A stretch of DNA of 64,000 nucleotides, from the NCBI RefSeq assembly GCF_002483315.1, contig NZ_DLHR01000001.1:1756-65755 (forward strand), given 5' to 3'. The translations under genes were made by a program, and so were the position numbers. How positions within the stretch are numbered: position 1 is the stretch's first letter; the number at the start of each line of letters is the position of its first letter. Under the pieces are notes generated by a model. That model did no database searches. It worked only from the letters and a program-made list of their open reading frames with translations, and was not told the origin of the DNA. The stretch is from Flavobacterium sp. UBA7663 (GTDB taxonomy: Bacteria; Bacteroidota; Bacteroidia; Flavobacteriales; Flavobacteriaceae). Positions 31,425-39,858 of this stretch are shown piece by piece.

Positions 31425-32663
31425 TTACTTCAATTTGAAAATTACTTTTCTTACCAATCTTCTTGCATCAGCAGAAGAAGCATCAACTGAAGCATCTTCT
31501 CCTTGACCTGCAACGGTTAATCTTGAAGCATTAATTCCTGCTTTTGTAATTACATCTTTTACGAAATTTGCTCTTGAAGCAGAAAGTGTTTTATTGTATT
31601 CAGATTTTCCAATTTCATCTGCATATCCAACGATTTCAACACTTGAATTTGGATTTGATTTTAAGTATTGTGTAACAAAATTGATTGCACTGTATGAATC
31701 AGCCGTTGGTTGAGAAGAATTAAAGTCAAATAAAACCGTAATGTAACCACCATTAATCATGTCTTCAATAGATTGACCTTGTGTAGGAGTAACTTTAGTT
31801 TTACCATCTACATAAGCTTCAACTTTGTCGTCTATACCATTATTATTTCCGTCAATAGTTCTTCCTTTTGTATCAACAATTGCATTTTGAGCTGAATTTT
31901 TTTCTTCATCTAAATAATCTGCAACACCATCTTTATCAGTATCTAAAAGTTTTGTTTCTAATTCAGTAACTCTTCTTTCTAATTCGTCTAATTTAGAGTT
32001 TGAAGTATCCCAATCTGCGTGTTTTCCATGTTTACCTAAATATATAGATAAACCAATACTAGCGTTATATATAGTACTATTAAAACCCCTGTCTTCTTTA
32101 ACAGCTGGTTCTTCAATACCATCAAAAGTATATTGTTGGTTTACATTGTTTATCATAGAGAAGTCAGCATTTAAAGCCACTCTATTAGATAATTTGAATT
32201 GTGCTGTTAATCCTAATATAAAATTAGTCATGTCATCATTTCCATCAAAATTATCATTCGTCATGAATGAAAATCCTACACCTGAATGCGCTTGAAGATT
32301 TATTGTATTAGTCCAATCTTCAAAATTTAAAACTCTACCTAAGTTTACAACACCTTGAATACTTGTTCTGTAGTATTTGCCTTCAAATTCAAAACTCTCT
32401 GAATCATTTTTAAATGAATCTAAACCAAAGTCTAGTTTTAAACCAAATTTATTATTCATCATATAACGAACACCTAAATCTCCGTGTATAAAATTGGTAT
32501 TACTTGAATAATAATTCGTTGAAAATGGAGCGGTTGGTTTGCTAAATCCCGCATTAACATCGATTGACCATTTGTTAAATTCAGAAGAAGTGGTTTTAGT
32601 TTCTTGAGCGTTAATTTCTGGTATTGCAACTAATAGTGTTGCTATAAAAATAATTTTCTTCAT
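31425..32663 (-). CDS. OmpA-family outer membrane protein with thrombospondin-type-3 Ca-binding repeats
   Basis: Signal peptide, N-terminal beta-barrel, DTDKDGVADYLDEE / DGNNNGIDD repeats, and a C-terminal OmpA domain (GYADEIGKSEYNKTLSASRA). Confidence 0.85.
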   Translation of the reverse strand: MKKIIFIATLLVAIPEINAQETKTTSSEFNKWSIDVNAGFSKPTAPFSTNYYSSNTNFIHGDLGVRYMMNNKFGLKLDFGLDSFKNDSESFEFEGKYYRTSIQGVVNLGRVLNFEDWTNTINLQAHSGVGFSFMTNDNFDGNDDMTNFILGLTAQFKLSNRVALNADFSMINNVNQQYTFDGIEEPAVKEDRGFNSTIYNASIGLSIYLGKHGKHADWDTSNSKLDELERRVTELETKLLDTDKDGVADYLDEEKNSAQNAIVDTKGRTIDGNNNGIDDKVEAYVDGKTKVTPTQGQSIEDMINGGYITVLFDFNSSQPTADSYSAINFVTQYLKSNPNSSVEIVGYADEIGKSEYNKTLSASRANFVKDVITKAGINASRLTVAGQGEDASVDASSADARRLVRKVIFKLK

Positions 32664-32743
32664 TGTTATCATTATTTGGGCGGTAAAAATAGTCTTTTAT
32701 GGATTATTTTACAATTTATGTAAGATATGTTTGTTTAAATAAA

Positions 32744-33985
32744 CTAATTATTATTTTTCTGATTGGTAATGGATTCGAAAATTTCTAAATCAAAATGTGC
32801 AACTGAAGCCATGATGTGGTCAAAAATATCTGCCATAATGTGTTCGTAATTTAGCCAAGTTTTGTCTTTTGAAAAACAGTAAATTTCTAAGGGAATTCCT
32901 TTTTCTGTGGGTTGCAAATGACGCACCATTAAATGCATATCTTTATTAATTCCTGGATGTGATTGAATGTATTGATTAATGTATTTTCTAAACAAACCTA
33001 AATTAGTTAGATTTCTTCCATTTACAATTACTGATTTATCGATTCCGTTGTTAGTGTTATATTTGTCAATATCTGCTTGTCGATGATCAATATAAGCTGT
33101 TAAATGTTGAATTTTCTTAAAGTTTTCTAATTCTTCAGATTGAATGAATCGAACTGAATTTGCTTTAATCAAAATATAGCGTTTAATTCTTCTTCCATCA
33201 GAATCTAACATACCACGCCAGTTTTTAAAACTATCCGATATTAAGCTGTAGGTTGGAATAGTAGTCGTTGTATTATCAAAATTTCGAACTTTAACAGTTG
33301 CTAAATTAATTTCAATAACATCACCATCGGCACCAAATTTATCCATTGTAATCCAATCGCCAATACGAACCATATCATTCACAGAAACCGAAATACTGGC
33401 AACAAAACCAAGAATTGTATCTTTAAAAATTAGGAAAATTAAGGCTGAAATGGCTCCGAAAGTGGTTACTAATGTTTTTACATTGGTATCAAACATTATC
33501 AATACAAAGGATGTAATTCCAAAAATCCATAAAACAATCATAATTACTTGAATGTAACTATCAATTGGTTTGTCGCTAAATCTTGGTTTTTGCTTTAAAT
33601 AATCTTTCAACGCATTGAAAATACTTCGTGTAATCCAAAGTGAAAGTATAATGATGTAAATTTTCACTCCTTTTTCAAAAAAATCTTCCCAATACGTGAA
33701 TTTTTTGAGAATTACCGGAACTGTTTTATATATAAAAAGAAGCGGCAGTAAATGAGCTAAATACTTTGCGGTTTTATTAGCAACTAAAAAATCATCAAAA
33801 GATGATTTAGTTTTTGCCGCAACAATAGCTAGAATAATAATAAATACCTTTTTGAATATAAAATCTAAAATATAGGATACAGCAACTAAAATAACAATAT
33901 TTACTCCCAAATTTAAATAAGAAGAAACATCATCACTAAAATTGAGACTTTTGAATATGTCGTATGCCCAGTTAAAAATTTTCAA
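32744..33985 (-). CDS. mechanosensitive ion channel (MscS family)
   Basis: Several TM helices followed by the MscS beta-domain motif RIGDWITM...GDVIEINL. Confidence 0.8.
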   Translation of the reverse strand: MKIFNWAYDIFKSLNFSDDVSSYLNLGVNIVILVAVSYILDFIFKKVFIIILAIVAAKTKSSFDDFLVANKTAKYLAHLLPLLFIYKTVPVILKKFTYWEDFFEKGVKIYIIILSLWITRSIFNALKDYLKQKPRFSDKPIDSYIQVIMIVLWIFGITSFVLIMFDTNVKTLVTTFGAISALIFLIFKDTILGFVASISVSVNDMVRIGDWITMDKFGADGDVIEINLATVKVRNFDNTTTTIPTYSLISDSFKNWRGMLDSDGRRIKRYILIKANSVRFIQSEELENFKKIQHLTAYIDHRQADIDKYNTNNGIDKSVIVNGRNLTNLGLFRKYINQYIQSHPGINKDMHLMVRHLQPTEKGIPLEIYCFSKDKTWLNYEHIMADIFDHIMASVAHFDLEIFESITNQKNNN

Positions 33986-33988
33986 GTT

Positions 33989-34273
33989 TTATGCTTCTTT
34001 TGGTTGTAAATATTTTTTGTCAATATAAAAAGTTGCAAATGGAAATAAAGATGCTAAACAAATGATGGCAAATTCTTTAATTGTCCATTTTTGAGAATTT
34101 TTATTCAAAATTGCAAAAGCAATATACAACATAAAAAGAACGCCGTGAGCCATTCCTATGTTTTTTACATAAATAGGATCACCAGCAATATATTTCATTG
34201 GCATTGCAAAAAAGTATAATGCAAGAGTAGAAATTCCTTCTAAAAGAGCAATTGATCTAAATGATTTCATCAT
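33989..34273 (-). CDS. DUF3817 membrane protein
   Basis: 94 aa, 3 TM; LLEGISTLALYFFAMPMKY motif. Confidence 0.65.
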   Translation of the reverse strand: MMKSFRSIALLEGISTLALYFFAMPMKYIAGDPIYVKNIGMAHGVLFMLYIAFAILNKNSQKWTIKEFAIICLASLFPFATFYIDKKYLQPKEA

Positions 34274-34878
34274 GATAAAGCAGAATATATTACAAATCCA
34301 TAAATTATGAATCGGAAGAAACGTAGTAAAGCAAACAAAAAGAAATGTTTTCTTGAAAAGTTAATCATTCCAGCCGCTAAACAAGCAATAGCAAAAGGCA
34401 ATGGAAGTAAAGCACCAACGGCAATTAAAAATCCTCCCCATTTTTGCATATTAATAATGTGTTTCGACATTTTTCCATATAAATACTTATTAATTGAAGG
34501 AATTGCCACGATTGCCATTCCCATAAAATAAGCAATTACACCACCTAAATAGGATAGAAAAGCTAAAATAGATAAGTAGAGTAGTGGTGATTCGGTATTT
34601 TTTGTCCAGGCAATAAAAATATCGGGTGGAATTAATCCTAAAACACTTTCAGAGGCAAGAAATATACCAAATATGAATAAATCACTGAAGTTTTGCGTTA
34701 TATATAGCAAGGCTTCATTCAGATTAATAACTTTATAATTAACATAGAAAAGTATAGCAACAATAATAGCTGTTGGCAATATAGCGCCTTTAACACCTTG
34801 CCAAATGAAAGAATAGAAACCAGTATATTTATAGTATTGATGTAGTAGTTTTACTCTTGATTTTTTTACTTTAGACAT
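34270..34878 (-). CDS. membrane protein, DedA/YqaA (VTT-domain)-like
   Basis: 5-6 TM helices with an LGLIPPDIFIAW-type motif. The stop overlaps the next gene's start by 4 nt. Confidence 0.5.
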   Translation of the reverse strand: MSKVKKSRVKLLHQYYKYTGFYSFIWQGVKGAILPTAIIVAILFYVNYKVINLNEALLYITQNFSDLFIFGIFLASESVLGLIPPDIFIAWTKNTESPLLYLSILAFLSYLGGVIAYFMGMAIVAIPSINKYLYGKMSKHIINMQKWGGFLIAVGALLPLPFAIACLAAGMINFSRKHFFLFALLRFFRFIIYGFVIYSALS

Positions 34879-34996
34879 TGGGAATTTTAATTTTAAACAA
34901 AATTAGTTGGTTTGTTGTAATAATAGCGTTAAGAAAAACAAAAAAATCGGTAAAAAATATCTACCGATTTGCATTATGTAAAATAGAATTTAGAAC

Positions 34997-35365
34997 TTAG
35001 TAAGCTAAAAACGCTTTGTTATATTCTTTTAAGTCTAAAACATTATTTTTCTTTTCTAAATCAGTTAATAATGAAAGGAAATAATTGAAACTTTCTACAT
35101 TATTTTCGTCTGAAATTTTCACTTCTAATTCAGTATCTTTACTGTCAATTGGTTCATCATCTGGAATACCAATAAAAAATCCATTGTTATTTTCTAAATG
35201 TTCGTAGGCTAAACGTAAAGCTTTAGTTTCAACTGGATTATTTAGTTCTAAGGTAATCTCTCTAAGTTTTTTTAAATCTGTTACAATTTCAGAAACTTCA
35301 AAATTATCTTTAAATAATTCTTTCTGAATCTTTTCGATTAATTTAAGGGCTTGTCTATTTTCCAT
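34997..35365 (-). CDS. hypothetical acidic protein
   Basis: 122-aa ORF. Last chromosomal gene before the left dif-like site. Confidence 0.45.
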   Translation of the reverse strand: MENRQALKLIEKIQKELFKDNFEVSEIVTDLKKLREITLELNNPVETKALRLAYEHLENNNGFFIGIPDDEPIDSKDTELEVKISDENNVESFNYFLSLLTDLEKKNNVLDLKEYNKAFLAY

Positions 35366-35460
35366 GATTCATAATAATATAGTTAGCAAAACTAAACTTT
35401 TTCATAGTTTTACACAAACGTTTTGAGTAGTATTTTAACAAATTTTGAAGTAATTTAAAT

Positions 35461-35488
35461 TTGACCTATAATATACAACATGTAAAAT
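35461..35488. other. dif-like Xer recombination site, left junction (degenerate right arm)
   Basis: TTGACCTATAA-TATACA-ACATGTAAAAT. 11-6-11 layout, 25/28 identical to the site at 41659-41686. Confidence 0.65.
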
Positions 35489-35521
35489 TGTATAGTTAGA
35501 AAAATGTATTATATTTGCACT

Positions 35522-35589
35522 CATATATCTGAATTATATACAGCGAATAGGGAGGTGCGACTAACACCGATGAACTATTCGCTTTTTTT
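35522..35589 (+). ncRNA. candidate small RNA (plus strand) inside the element
   Basis: TATATTTG -7 box at 35510-35517. Conserved blocks CATATATCTGAA (35522-35533) and GAGGTGCGACTAACACCG (35552-35569). Terminator stem AGCGAATAG (35542-35550) / CTATTCGCT (35575-35583) followed by T7. Confidence 0.3.
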
Positions 35590-35590
35590 A

Positions 35591-36016
35591 TTAATTTACT
35601 TTTGCAGTTGCTTTATAAACTTCATCTTTATTAACGTAAATCCAGTATGTACAATCTTCAACGTTGCATGATGATATAGTTAAAAATTTGTTTGAACCGT
35701 TAATTTTTAAAGTTCCTGTAGTTGTGTACTCAATATTAGCAATGTTATTATTAATAATATATTCAATTGTTGAAGTAGGATAAATTATAATAGTAACGGT
35801 TTTATTACCAATAGTAAAGTTTGAAAGAGAATAAGAGGTAGAACTATTTTTCTCATAGTATCTAACAATGTTTTCAGTAAAAACAAAGTCTTCATCTAAT
35901 GACTGAATATACTTTAAATTGTCATATTCTGAAAAAGAAATTTTTTCATTTTTAACAGAAGTTTGCGAAAATGAAAATGAAGTTAGAAAAATAAAAATAA
36001 AAGAATAAATTTTCAT
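35591..36016 (-). CDS. secreted beta-rich protein (cargo/moron-like)
   Basis: 141 aa with signal peptide MKIYSFIFIFLTSFSFSQ. Separated from the main element operon by a terminator. Confidence 0.5.
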   Translation of the reverse strand: MKIYSFIFIFLTSFSFSQTSVKNEKISFSEYDNLKYIQSLDEDFVFTENIVRYYEKNSSTSYSLSNFTIGNKTVTIIIYPTSTIEYIINNNIANIEYTTTGTLKINGSNKFLTISSCNVEDCTYWIYVNKDEVYKATAKVN

Positions 36017-36190
36017 AATAATTTAAATTAAAATTAGCAATCGCCTACCGGGCTCCTTTGCGGAAATAAATTAAAAAGGACAATTTTTAATTTATTTAAG
36101 GAACGCCTATCGGCTGTTTTTTTTTATTTTGCCTGTCACGAACCAGCTACAAAATTATCATTTTGCTTAACGCTGGAGGCTTGATAGAGT

Positions 36191-36227
36191 AGAAAAAGGA
36201 AAACCTATACAATTTCTCGTATAGGTT
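36191..36227 (-). terminator. rho-independent terminator ending the element's late operon
   Basis: AACCTATAC (36202-36210) pairs with GTATAGGTT (36219-36227). TTCCTTTTTCT follows on the minus strand. Confidence 0.6.
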
Positions 36228-36336
36228 CTTTATTGTGGATTGTATATAAAATTAAAGGCTTGCATATATCTGAACTCTATTTTGAGAGGTGCGACTAACA
36301 CCGTTTCATCGACAAATATACATAAATTTTTAAATT

Positions 36337-36714
36337 TTATGGAATTATGTAAAAATAACTATCTTTTTTTCTAAAATCGCCCTCATACAACCAATCCAAA
36401 TCGTGCATTTCTTTACCGTAAAAATACACTTCTTTTAAACTTAAATTTGTGAAAAACAAACTTTCAGCATTAACTTGATGCAATTGATTTTTTTCGTTGA
36501 AAATAGCCAATACAAATAAGTCATCTGGAAGAATAGCACTATGAATAGTGTAAACTTGTTTTTCTAAATAAACCAATTCAAATTTAGTAAGTTCAACAAA
36601 AACAATTTTTTTGTTTCTGTTGATCGCCATTAATTTAAAAGTATTTTTAGTTAAATCTAATTTAGGTAAATACTTTAATGTTTCATAGCTTAATTGAACT
36701 AATCGCTTACTCAT
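36337..36714 (-). CDS. element protein, function unknown
   Basis: 125-aa ORF, 4 nt downstream of the preceding stop. Confidence 0.5.
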   Translation of the reverse strand: MSKRLVQLSYETLKYLPKLDLTKNTFKLMAINRNKKIVFVELTKFELVYLEKQVYTIHSAILPDDLFVLAIFNEKNQLHQVNAESLFFTNLSLKEVYFYGKEMHDLDWLYEGDFRKKDSYFYIIP

Positions 36715-36718
36715 ATGA

Positions 36719-37240
36719 TTAATTTAAAGTTAATTTAGCTTGTACTCTTTTAAGTTCGGCTTCATCTAACAACGCAAATAAATCATCTGTTAAAACTCTG
36801 TTGTTTGTGTAAACTTCGTTATACAGGCGTTTTAGATAATTGAAATTGTAACGTTGATAAATAAGTGTATCCGCTACTTTTTTGTCATTCTCTGTCCAAC
36901 CTCGTGGGTCTAACCAGCTCCACCAAGAATTCTTATCGCTGTATTTTGTACCCAAATCATGAGCCAATTGTTTAGCTGCACTTTGAACATCTTTACGAGT
37001 AGTAATTTTGTCCGCTTTATTCTGTGCAATAACAGGATTTTGATTTTGAATATAATTTACATTGTTTTGGTTTTCTTGATTTTCTACATCTATTTCAGTT
37101 TCTAAACCTTTGAATTTATTATACTGGCGAATAATGAAACGAGCCAAAGGGAAGAATAAAATAATGCCTATAATAATATAAAGCCACTTTTTCCAATTGA
37201 ATGGAGTAGTGGCTTTTTTTGTGATTTTCTTTTTGTACAT
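36719..37240 (-). CDS. element membrane-anchored protein
   Basis: 173 aa with one N-terminal TM helix (WLYIIIGIILFFPLARFII). The start overlaps the upstream stop as TAATG. Confidence 0.55.
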   Translation of the reverse strand: MYKKKITKKATTPFNWKKWLYIIIGIILFFPLARFIIRQYNKFKGLETEIDVENQENQNNVNYIQNQNPVIAQNKADKITTRKDVQSAAKQLAHDLGTKYSDKNSWWSWLDPRGWTENDKKVADTLIYQRYNFNYLKRLYNEVYTNNRVLTDDLFALLDEAELKRVQAKLTLN

Positions 37241-37344
37241 TATTTTTTGTATTTTTTATACAAGAAAAATGCGCCAGTAATAGAAACTAAACCAACTAAA
37301 CCAATAATGATTTTAGTTTTGTGTTTTGTCCAAAATTCTTTCAT
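37240..37344 (-). CDS. 34-aa single-TM protein (holin-like position)
   Basis: MKEFWTKHKTKIIIGLVGLVSITGAFFLYKKYKK. Not in the ORF track because it is too short. It starts 2 nt after the transglycosylase stop and ends in a TAATG overlap. Confidence 0.4.
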   Translation of the reverse strand: MKEFWTKHKTKIIIGLVGLVSITGAFFLYKKYKK

Positions 37345-37346
37345 TT

Positions 37347-37976
37347 TTAAAAATATTTTTTGCAATGTGGACACTGCGTTAGAACTTTTTTTTTTACATC
37401 GATTTCAGAGAAAATTGAACCGTACCACTTTTTAAACATGTCAATAACATATTTCTTTTTTACTACACCGTCTTTTGCAAAGATTGGATTTTGTTTAGCA
37501 ATTAGTGACGCGCTTAAACCTTTAGTCTGAAAAATAAAGTCATCATCTTTACCGACAGCAAGCGGAAAGAATGTTACCAAATAAGTATCTACAAAACTTT
37601 CAGGAACTTTTTTAGTAGTTCTTATGACTTCTCTGTAGTATTCCTTAACTACGTTCATTTGTTCTGAAAATGACATTTTTGCCAAATCAGAAAGTAAGTA
37701 ACGTTTACCGTTAATAGTTTTGTAGTTTACACCAGCTTTATCCCTTGTAAATTGAATAAGACCGACAGAACCAATACTATTAGTTTTTGAAGGACTAAAT
37801 GTTTTACCACTTTCAAAGTACATAACCGCAAGTAACCAGTTTGGGTTAATATCCAAATCATTACAAACTTCTATTACTTTGTCAATTTGTGCTTGAGATA
37901 GTAATTTTGTGAATTTACTACTTATCATTGTTGACTTCCTTGTTTTGTTTGTTTTCGATTTTTTCAAATTGCTCAA
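37347..37976 (-). CDS. lytic transglycosylase-like peptidoglycan hydrolase
   Basis: LLAVMYFESGKTFSP...SVGLIQFT matches the catalytic Glu-Ser and GLxQ blocks of SLT-type transglycosylases. An alternative start at 37928 (MISSKF) is possible. Confidence 0.65.
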   Translation of the reverse strand: MSNLKKSKTNKTRKSTMISSKFTKLLSQAQIDKVIEVCNDLDINPNWLLAVMYFESGKTFSPSKTNSIGSVGLIQFTRDKAGVNYKTINGKRYLLSDLAKMSFSEQMNVVKEYYREVIRTTKKVPESFVDTYLVTFFPLAVGKDDDFIFQTKGLSASLIAKQNPIFAKDGVVKKKYVIDMFKKWYGSIFSEIDVKKKVLTQCPHCKKYF

Positions 37977-38061
37977 TAGAGTAACCGATAATATCGAAAA
38001 TAACCGTTAAATATGCGCCATATTTCAACGCAAATCGTAATCCGTTTAAAAATCCTTTCAT
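37918..38061 (-). CDS. 47-aa small hydrophobic protein
   Basis: MKGFLNGLRFALKYGAYLTVIFDIIGYSIEQFEKIENKQNKEVNNDK. It fills an otherwise non-coding gap in a very compact operon and overlaps the alternative transglycosylase start. Confidence 0.3.
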   Translation of the reverse strand: MKGFLNGLRFALKYGAYLTVIFDIIGYSIEQFEKIENKQNKEVNNDK

Positions 38062-38107
38062 AATAATAAAAGTGTTTTAAAACGCCTAAAATAATAGGCG
38101 TTTGATT

Positions 38108-38323
38108 TTACATTGAAGAGTGAGATGGTTTTTTCTTTACTAATGTAATTTTAACCCAAAATTCAACTCCGTCTTTTTGTGCCTGTGATGGTTCAACTTT
38201 ATAAAGTTTACCGCCTAATTCAACATAACCGCTTGAAAATCCTGTACCTTTTTTGTCTTTACAGCCAATTAACTGATAAGGGTTACCAAATTTATCTGTT
38301 GAAATTCTACTTTGTCCAGCCAT
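38108..38323 (-). CDS. 71-aa basic protein, function unknown
   Basis: ORF whose start overlaps the upstream stop as TAATG. Confidence 0.5.
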   Translation of the reverse strand: MAGQSRISTDKFGNPYQLIGCKDKKGTGFSSGYVELGGKLYKVEPSQAQKDGVEFWVKITLVKKKPSHSSM

Positions 38324-38526
38324 TACTCTTGTGTGTTTTGATTAGATAATACTTCTTTTTGCTCTTGTGGTGCTTTTGGTTTTTTTAACATTTTGAACAA
38401 TGTTACCACACCGATTACTAATTGAATTAGTAATTTACCGACCTCAATCATTGGAGTCCCGTCGGTTGGAACTTGACTGACACCTTCAACAAAGCCGATG
38501 CCAGTCAATCCTATTACTGCTTTCAT
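38323..38526 (-). CDS. 67-aa membrane protein
   Basis: Internal start MKAVIGLTGIGF... at 38526 gives a TAATG overlap with the upstream stop. The longer tracked version (to 38640) overlaps the preceding gene out of frame. Confidence 0.45.
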   Translation of the reverse strand: MKAVIGLTGIGFVEGVSQVPTDGTPMIEVGKLLIQLVIGVVTLFKMLKKPKAPQEQKEVLSNQNTQE

Positions 38527-38978
38527 TATCTTCTGCGGTAAGTAGGTCTTTTTGAACCTAACATTTTTACGAAAACAAAAACTACAGTAACTGTACCTAA
38601 AATACCGCCTACAAGTTTTAACCAATTTTTTTTCAACCAAGCGTTAGCAGTATTATCTACTAAAGTTGAACCAATTTGACCAGCTTGTGGAGTTCCAGCA
38701 AGAACGTTTCCAGCACCTGTAAGTGCACCGCCTAATGCACCGTTAGCAATATCCTTGATACCAACGTTTGCACGTTGTAATGTAGCATTGTATTCTGCTT
38801 GTGCTTGTGCATCTGCTTGTGCTTGTGCTTTTTCTTGCTTTTGTGCTTCATGGCTTGCTTGCATACCGCTTACAATACCTGTGGGGTCGAACGCTGCACC
38901 AACTTTAACCAAGTTTTTAAAACTGATTTGTTTTGTTGCTTTCTTTACGAAACCGCCAATTTTTTTGAAAAATCCCAT
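38526..38978 (-). CDS. 150-aa Ala/Gln-rich protein with C-terminal TM helix and basic tail
   Basis: Amphipathic N-terminus MGFFKKIGGFVKK, an AQAQADAQAQAE repeat, a TM helix LVGGILGTVTVVFVFV, then RPTYRRR. Confidence 0.55.
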   Translation of the reverse strand: MGFFKKIGGFVKKATKQISFKNLVKVGAAFDPTGIVSGMQASHEAQKQEKAQAQADAQAQAEYNATLQRANVGIKDIANGALGGALTGAGNVLAGTPQAGQIGSTLVDNTANAWLKKNWLKLVGGILGTVTVVFVFVKMLGSKRPTYRRR

Positions 38979-38992
38979 TTCTTAAATAAAGA

Positions 38993-39748
38993 TTATTTGA
39001 TTAAACCCATAGCAAGTAATTCAACATCTTTACGCATAAAGAATTTGACTACACTGCCTTCATTTTTTCTCACGTTGATATTTACAATACCTTTCAATGG
39101 TAATTGAATAAAACCAACAAAATTTGGTAAAACTTTACCGTCATTACGAACGTATGCAACTGGGTCAATGTCTTGTGAAATTGCTCTAATTTCACGCATT
39201 GAATGTTTAGTTACTACTCCGTTATCGTGTGTAAAATTTAATTCTGTAATAGTTGCATCATCATCGATAATAGCAATATCAAAATTTCTTACATTGACAT
39301 CGTAGTTTGTTTGTTCGTCCGCAATGCTTTTTTCTTCATACATGTAGACATCATCAGAAGTAACTGGACTTTCAATACCGTCAAAAATGTATTTTTTCAT
39401 AGGGTCAAGATTTTTCAAAGCAAGTTTTAACTTGTCATTTGGACCCATAACTAATGCTCCCATTTCAGTTAATTCAATAACTGCAACTGTTTTGAAGCTT
39501 TCAGGATTTGTAGCAGGAAAAGAACCAATAGCGTCATCTCCATAAGTTGAAGCTAATAGGAATCTTTTTAAACTTACAAAACCCTGTGTGATTTCAAGAT
39601 TAGAACCGCCGTTTCTTTCGACTTGAATACTAATCAATTCGTCGCCGATTTCGTCTACGGTCTTGTCAGAAAAGAAAGCTAAACTTTCAATCCCTTTTTG
39701 TAATTCCGCTTTAGCATCTGCAACGCCTGTGGTTTCAATAATGTTCAT
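38993..39748 (-). CDS. candidate major capsid / structural protein
   Basis: 251-aa acidic protein that looks beta-strand-rich. It is the largest non-Rep ORF and the first gene of the late operon. Confidence 0.4.
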   Translation of the reverse strand: MNIIETTGVADAKAELQKGIESLAFFSDKTVDEIGDELISIQVERNGGSNLEITQGFVSLKRFLLASTYGDDAIGSFPATNPESFKTVAVIELTEMGALVMGPNDKLKLALKNLDPMKKYIFDGIESPVTSDDVYMYEEKSIADEQTNYDVNVRNFDIAIIDDDATITELNFTHDNGVVTKHSMREIRAISQDIDPVAYVRNDGKVLPNFVGFIQLPLKGIVNINVRKNEGSVVKFFMRKDVELLAMGLIK

Positions 39749-39794
39749 ACTATTTTTTATTTAATTAAAAATTTATATGGCAAATGTGAGAAAT

Positions 39795-39823
39795 GAAAAA
39801 AGGCACAATTATTGAATTGTACC
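39795..39823 (-). terminator. terminator separating the early (Rep/regulatory) and late (structural) modules
   Basis: On the minus strand: GGTACAATT-caat-AATTGTGCC followed by TTTTTT. Confidence 0.55.
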
Positions 39824-39858
39824 TTATATGTAGTATTTTTGTATAGAATATGTAGTAT

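Noticed and set aside
38323-38640. The 105-aa version of the minus-strand ORF, overlapping the 150-aa ORF by 115 nt
   Set aside because: The N-terminal 38 residues (Cys/Arg/Phe-rich) lie out of frame inside the upstream gene. The internal ATG at 38526 gives a clean TAATG junction and a sensible membrane protein.
38755-39107. Plus-strand Cys-rich ORFs (38755-38985 and 38799-39107) with CACACA/CLCLCL-like repeats
   Set aside because: They are the mirror image of the GCA/CAA (Ala/Gln) repeat of the minus-strand 150-aa protein. They overlap two well-supported minus-strand genes.
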